A stretch of DNA of 63,521 bases, filler included, from Licmophora abbreviata (Eukaryota), in NCBI GenBank assembly GCA_900291995.1. It is 14 parts of 14 records of this genome, joined end to end, with 100 filler letters (N's around TTAATTAATTAA, not from the genome) between each part and the next. Parts side by side here need not be neighbours in the genome. Positions count along the whole stretch, not along the records: positions 58,118 to 62,158 come from OLMU01004279.1; positions 62,259 to 63,521 come from OLMU01004284.1; 12 more parts are not named here. One strand, given 5' to 3'. Position numbers and translations under genes: made by a program. Shown here one piece after another: positions 58,118-63,521 of the stretch (within the stretch, counting starts at the first letter, position 1; each line of letters begins with the position of its first letter). Under the pieces are notes generated by a model that ran no database searches, was not told where the DNA came from, and saw nothing but the letters and a program-made list of their open reading frames with translations.

Positions 58118-59208
58118 CGGCGGGTCGAACTATGGAGGGAGTACTTGCATGGACGTGAAAATGAATGACGATCGGAACTCCTACCCTACATCAAGTTTAA
58201 TACCACCAGTACGCCTCAAGTGCGTCTTCGTCTTTGGGCCTATACAGACCGTCGGGCGGATACAAGTTTGCATGAAGTTTCCTCGGACTGGGAGGAAACG
58301 ACATTCACGTGGGATAACAAGCCAGCCGTGGGTGCGCTCTTTGAGACAAAGCCCTATCCTCCGCAGTACGAGTCTGTTGCGTTTGATGTCACAGACTATA
58401 TCAACACACAGGTCGGTGGTGTCGTGTACGTTTCCTTTGCCATGCATTCTGCCACCGACAATTCTCTCGTCAAGTTCTACTCGCGCGAGTGGCCCACGCC
58501 CGACGTGTGGCCCATGTTGGAGTTTGGCGAAGCGCCTCCCCCTCTCGTTCCGCCCTTTTCGTTGCCGAACTTTCAATCGGCCCTGTCTGGGTGTCGATTG
58601 CAGTGGCCGGACTCGTCACCGCAGAAAGTGAGCAATTGAGCATTCGAGGGATACGCAGTCGATGCATTCCAGCTGGTCGAAGATTCGTACATGCAGTTCA
58701 CCATGTCGGGAGAGGGCAATCGTTGCGAGCTTCGACACAACATGGAATGGCCCGCCATGGCAGTGTGGAACGGCGACTGACGGCGCGTGTTGCGATTCCT
58801 TCTCCAGCCGCATCTTCGGGTCAGTTCACCTTTCTTCAGGTGCACAACAAGGACTTTCTAACGTACGACGCGGGGCCGCTGTTGCGGATCAACTGGCGTC
58901 GAGACACGCGGGGATATACCGATCATATCTGGGCATCCTTGCGAGTGTCACTGGATCCCAAGGATGTAGACTTGTTCCCGCTCTTTCCTCGTCCCGCTGG
59001 ATTCTTTGATATGGAACTGAAGCTCGTCAACAGCAAGCTCACCATTTTGATTGACGGTGTCGCTCCTCCGCTTTCACCGGAAGTCGTCGATTACGACCTA
59101 AGCTACTGGGACCCCATGGTGACCAACCATTTCAAGGCTGGAGTCTATCTGAATGACGGAGGTGAGGCTGCGGTCACTTTGTTTGAAGAGCTAGAGATTG
59201 TTGTTTAG
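58118..59208 (+). pseudogene. DNRLRE/CBM96-like module plus PL7 alginate lyase, disrupted by a 5-nt duplication, an in-frame TGA and a 1-nt frameshift
   Basis: CBM motifs NYGG, YIKF, WEETTFTWDNKP, FDVT and FYSRE. PL7 motifs RLQWP, RCELR, FLQVH, PLLRI and HFKAGVY. Lesions at 58180-58189, 58637-58639 and about 58756. Confidence 0.78.
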
Positions 59209-59630
59209 AGCAGACAAGTAGACTACGAGTAAGCAGTCTATGAGCTACTACTTGGTCGTACCGGAGATGCTGCTTTTCCGGCATCGCAGTCTCATCCCTT
59301 CCTACAGTAACAGTCTATAAACCGATGCGGGGATGAAACTGTGTTGCGGTCTGGTGCACACAGTAGATTGCTGTGTCAAAGTTGACGTCCAACCAACTCG
59401 TCGCCGTCTTCCAATGGCATTTTTTATTTTTTACTAGTAAACGTTTATGAGCCACTGATTCGTTCATTAGCATAGAGATATTTAGTACACCATCGCATCT
59501 TGTTTCAAATTCCTAATTCCTGTATGAAGACAGAGCGCACGCGCGCCAAGACAGATGCCGATCAAAATTGAGAGGATTGGAAGGAGGGAACATCTTCTCT
59601 TTCGTCGAAACTGTACACAGCCTTTCAGGC

Positions 59631-62158
59631 ATGGGAAAGCAAGGAGTCACACGACGAGAAACGACGAGACGACTTCTTCTTACGTCACGACCCTGGTCGG
59701 TCTGCTCGTCCCTTATTCTTGCTTGTTCCGCGATGATGAGTAGGACCTGCAACATTCTCGCGCTTATTCCGTTTACAGACAAACGAGACGGGCCACCGGA
59801 CTTTTTGCAATGTCCCAACAGACTGAACGACGGCTCCAGGGAGTCTTCTTCTTCTTCTTCTTCTTCCGATGATCGTCGACGACGAACCGAGGAGGAAGCT
59901 GTATGCGAGGGGGTCGACGAGGACCTGCACTATGGATCTGGTGAGTGGCCTTCTGCCGAAGCTCTGGGGCGTGCTGCCTACTCCCACTTGGCCGTTGCGC
60001 AGCTGGCTGTAGAACACTTCAATTCGAGAAATTCCTCCGTCGTGTCGCAGCTTGCAGATCCAATCTACTTTCAATGCAATGTGACATTGACGATTCAAGT
60101 TCGAGACAGTGAATACAGTAAATCAACTTCCTTTGGACATGCTCTAGAGGCGACACGTGCCTTGACTGTCAGTGGTGGTGCTGAGGAGGGTGCGGACGAG
60201 GATGCTCAAACTCTCTGTGCCGTGGTAGGCCCTGCCAATGCCAGAGTAGCCGAGGGAGTCAATGCGCTCTTGGGATACCTAAGGATACCGCAGTTGATCT
60301 ACTCTTCCATTGATGACAATTTGAATCGACGCTTCGAGTTTCCGTCCGTGGTACGCCCCATTGCCAACGTGAGGGCTTTTGCAGACGCCATTATGCTCTA
60401 TTTCCAGCGCCCTGGTCGGGAACGCCTCTTTGTTTCGGGTTTTTATGACTCGACGGATTACGCAAATCAGTTCAAAAGTATTATTGGAGACGGCGATGAA
60501 GAGACGGACCTCGAAATTGACGGGGAGAGTTCGGTAGAGTTTGACTTTGCAAGCATCAAGGATGTGGTGAAAAGTGGAGTGCGGGAAGGGTATAGGACTA
60601 TCTTTCTCGCTACCGACCGATTAGCTTACGTCCGAGCCATTGCCGACTTGGCTGATGAAGAAGGTCTCATTGGAGATGGCTGGTTCTGGACCATTACGGG
60701 TGCGGCGTTGTCCCCCCGCGACACTTGCGGTTCTGGAGGAGCCAGAGGATTCGCCACTCGATCGTCTCCTTCGAGGCGCGGCCATCTTTACCAACTATGA
60801 TCCATTCCTGTTGTACAATGACGACGACGAGGAGGCGCCCGAGGAAAGCAGATTTCTCAAGGTATGGAGGGATCAGGATGGAGCCTTTGCGGAGCGGGTG
60901 AATGCACTACATCCCCTGAGAAATCAGACGGATCTGCCCCAGTACAAGATTCAGACCGATGCGTCGTACTTTCAACACAATGATCCCGCAGAGTATGCAT
61001 CGTACTTGTACGACTCGTTCATGCTCACTGGAATGAGTCTGTGTCGACTGCAAAAGTCAAAGAGCGATGAGGATGACGAGGATGCGAGGGGCATAGACGG
61101 CGAACATCGTGTCCGCCGACACATGGAAACCGGGAGGGATTCTATGGATGATGAGAGTGATATTGGCGGTCAGCATGTGGACGAACTCTTGCGAATGGAA
61201 ATCGACGGTGCATCGGGGCGTCTTATGTTTGAGGAAGATGGAAACAGTCGAGACGACGACGGTGCCTTCTTTGGGGTTTACAACATTCGGCCTGGGGAGG
61301 TCGACAACATGACGAGACTACGTGGTTACAGCTCCGTTCTAACAGCAGTGTATGAAGATGGCTGGTGGCGTGATGTCGAGGAATTTGTCTTCTTCAGCGG
61401 CTCGTCGGAGCAGCCCACACCCCTCCGGACTATCGGGGATGCGAACTATTTGACCAACGGGATCCAAGCGTTCGGTCTCGCATTGATGTCCATTGCAATT
61501 CTCATCGCACTTGGGACTGGCGCATGGGTGTGGTGGATGAGAGAGAAGCGGCTTGTCAAGGCGGGCCAACCAGAGTTTCTTTGCCTTTTGTGTTTTGGCG
61601 CAGCAATCCTGGCGTCGTCCATTCTATGCGTATCGTTTGATGATAGCGACTGGTCGACTAGTGCGCTTGATGCGGCCTGTACGGCGCTTCCTTGGCTCTT
61701 TGTGAACGGCTACCTCATCATATACTGCGCGTGTTTTAGCAAGGTTAGTAATGACTTGCGCTAACGCTGGGACCGTTGCCATTGTCTTCGCTGGGTATCT
61801 CACTCTTCTCGCGTTCTCGCTCCCTTTTTCGGAATGGCACAGCTGTGGAGAATCAACAAGGTCATGTCTAGTCAGCGACGCCAAGTCAAGATCCATCACG
61901 CTCTTTGGTCATTCTTGATTATGATAACGGCTAGCCTGATTGTTTTGATTACGTGGACGGCAATCGATCCCTTGCAATGGGAACGCATAGAGATCGACGA
62001 TCGTCCCGCGTTGATCACGTACGGGGAATGCAAAAGTGGTGACAAAGGCTTACTTCCGTTCCTCTTGCCGATTGGGTTACTCCTCGCCACCATCACTGTT
62101 ATGGTCATGGTCGGCGCATGGCGCGCGAAGCACCTCCAGGCCGACCTGGCGGAGTCCA
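59631..62158 (+). CDS. Class C (GABA-B-like) GPCR: ANF/Venus-flytrap domain plus 7TM; frameshift near 60716, intron 61744-61842, 3' truncated
   Basis: AVEHFN, AVVGP, IPQL and YLYD in the ectodomain. LVKAGQPEFL, FSKLWRIN and WTAIDPLQW in the 7TM region. Confidence 0.88.
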
Positions 62159-62260
62159 NNNNNNNNNNNNNNNNNNNNNNNNNNNNNNNNNNNNNNNNNN
62201 NNTTAATTAATTAANNNNNNNNNNNNNNNNNNNNNNNNNNNNNNNNNNNNNNNNNNNNCG

Positions 62261-63521
62261 GAACGGTTCGTGGTCGGGAATGTTGAACGATACTTGAGCT
62301 TTCAGCAGGAGCGACACCAGCAACACTCGGCTACAAGTGTGGAAGACCCTGTGCAGCTCAGTTCTCCCCAGGAGGTTCTTGGAATTTACGAAGCGTGGTA
62401 CAGTCTACTGCAGCGTCAGCTCGATGATCGAGGACTGCCGTCACTACTTCCGGAGGCTTCTTCTTGTCAGTCTTCTGATGTCGGTAGCCAAAGCAGTCAC
62501 TGCGAGGATGAACGTTCAGTCCATTCGGGTCATTCCAATTTGAGTGGAGGCGAAAAACAAGCGCGCCGCCAAGAGCGAAAGAATCGTAGGGAACGTCGAA
62601 CACAGCGACGTCGACAGCTCCAGGAATCTCGTCATCGCAAGAAACGACGTGAAATACTTGAGAATCCTTTACAGATTCTAGTCCTAGGCAGGGCAATACA
62701 CGTACTGTCGGAATCACTCATGGAAAGCAGTTTCGTCGTGCCAAATGAAGGCGCTGTAAACTCTACATTGTGGAGTCGCGAAGCCGAGTACCTATTCCAA
62801 GCAATGCAAATTTTCTCGGTCGTCATGATTGATCAGTTGGACGGAGATGCGGATGATGGCGAAGACGACAAGGATGAAGATGAGAGGACGAAGATTGATC
62901 TAGCGCGACGAGTAGGGACACTTCTGTGTGCTGATAGCTGGGTGGCACAATCAGAATGTCTAGGAACAATGCAGGAGAACAAATGCACAGTGGACGAGAT
63001 GCAACTACTATCTTTGAGTGCTTTGTTTGCGCCCTGCATTAAAAGTCACGTCAGCGTCGATGTGACTGATCCGCGAATGAATTGTTTGGAAATGGCACTA
63101 GCTCTGCTTGAAAATACCATGAAGAGGAGTGTCCCAAGCAAGAAGCTCAGAGCGGCGGGAAGGTTGAATCTGTTCCGTGACACTCTTCGTGGTGACATAA
63201 ATGATGCTATTGGGCGGCTTCATTTTGACCGAAAGCTGTTCGATCTGGCGGTAGACCCTCTTGGTGAGGCAGTGCGACGAAAGCGTAATGTCCTCACCCT
63301 GCTTCGAGACTCGGAGGATCCGGGTGAGTCGGGCCTTCTTTCCCTGTGGCCTTCAGCTCAAGCAGACTCAACAGAAGAAGAAGGACCGTCCCTTGCGCAA
63401 GAGATGTTGACAAAGCTGTGCATGTACCGTCCCAGCGAGAGTTTGGACGAAGAGGTCGCACAGGCCGAGCTTTCGCTGTCTCAGTCGCTGGAACACACAG
63501 CGATAGTAATGCATGAGCGAG
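62261..63521 (+). CDS. Hypothetical helical (possibly TPR-like) protein, open at both ends
   Basis: Hand translation shows no stop from 62261 to the window end. It is absent from the ORF track, presumably because it has no stop codon. Confidence 0.7.

Noticed and set aside
58637..58639. In-frame TGA as selenocysteine or readthrough
   Set aside because: It is not at a redox Cys position, I see no convincing SECIS element, and the gene has two additional frameshift lesions.
58118..62158. Bacterial contaminant contig
   Set aside because: The same contig carries a GPCR with a spliceosomal intron and has similar base composition. A chimera still needs to be excluded with reads.

Overview
Nuclear genomic DNA of a diatom, probably a pennate. 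The evidence is about 50% GC, dense genes, short GT-AG introns, bipartite plastid presequences and Phaeodactylum-like genes. The window is 14 contig pieces joined by 13 artificial 100-nt linkers (N44-TTAATTAATTAA-N44). At least three linkers (31583, 50076, 53951) join pieces that are contiguous in the genome. About 40 protein-coding genes can be supported. They include a delta-5 desaturase, RRN7/TAF1B-like, a CID protein, NOP53, TRM5, a small heat shock protein, a vWA-CaaX protein, MTFP1, an ABC1 kinase, a GH18 hydrolase and a CENP-N-like protein. Also present are three paralogous glycosyltransferases around a GARP/Myb factor, a ubiquitin-NiSOD fusion, a HAD hydrolase, an M4/M36-like peptidase, a head-to-head VDE-ZEP pair, an unusual ABC half-transporter, a class C GPCR and a disrupted bacterial-type DNRLRE/CBM96-PL7 alginate lyase. 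I found no rRNA, tRNA, CRISPR array or recognisable transposase. The strongest leads are the decaying alginate lyase (horizontal transfer candidate) and the divergent CENP-N. The Ub-NiSOD fusion and the VDE-ZEP cluster are striking but already known in diatoms. I cannot demonstrate a wholly new multi-gene system from the sequence alone. All family calls come from motif recognition by eye, not from database searches.
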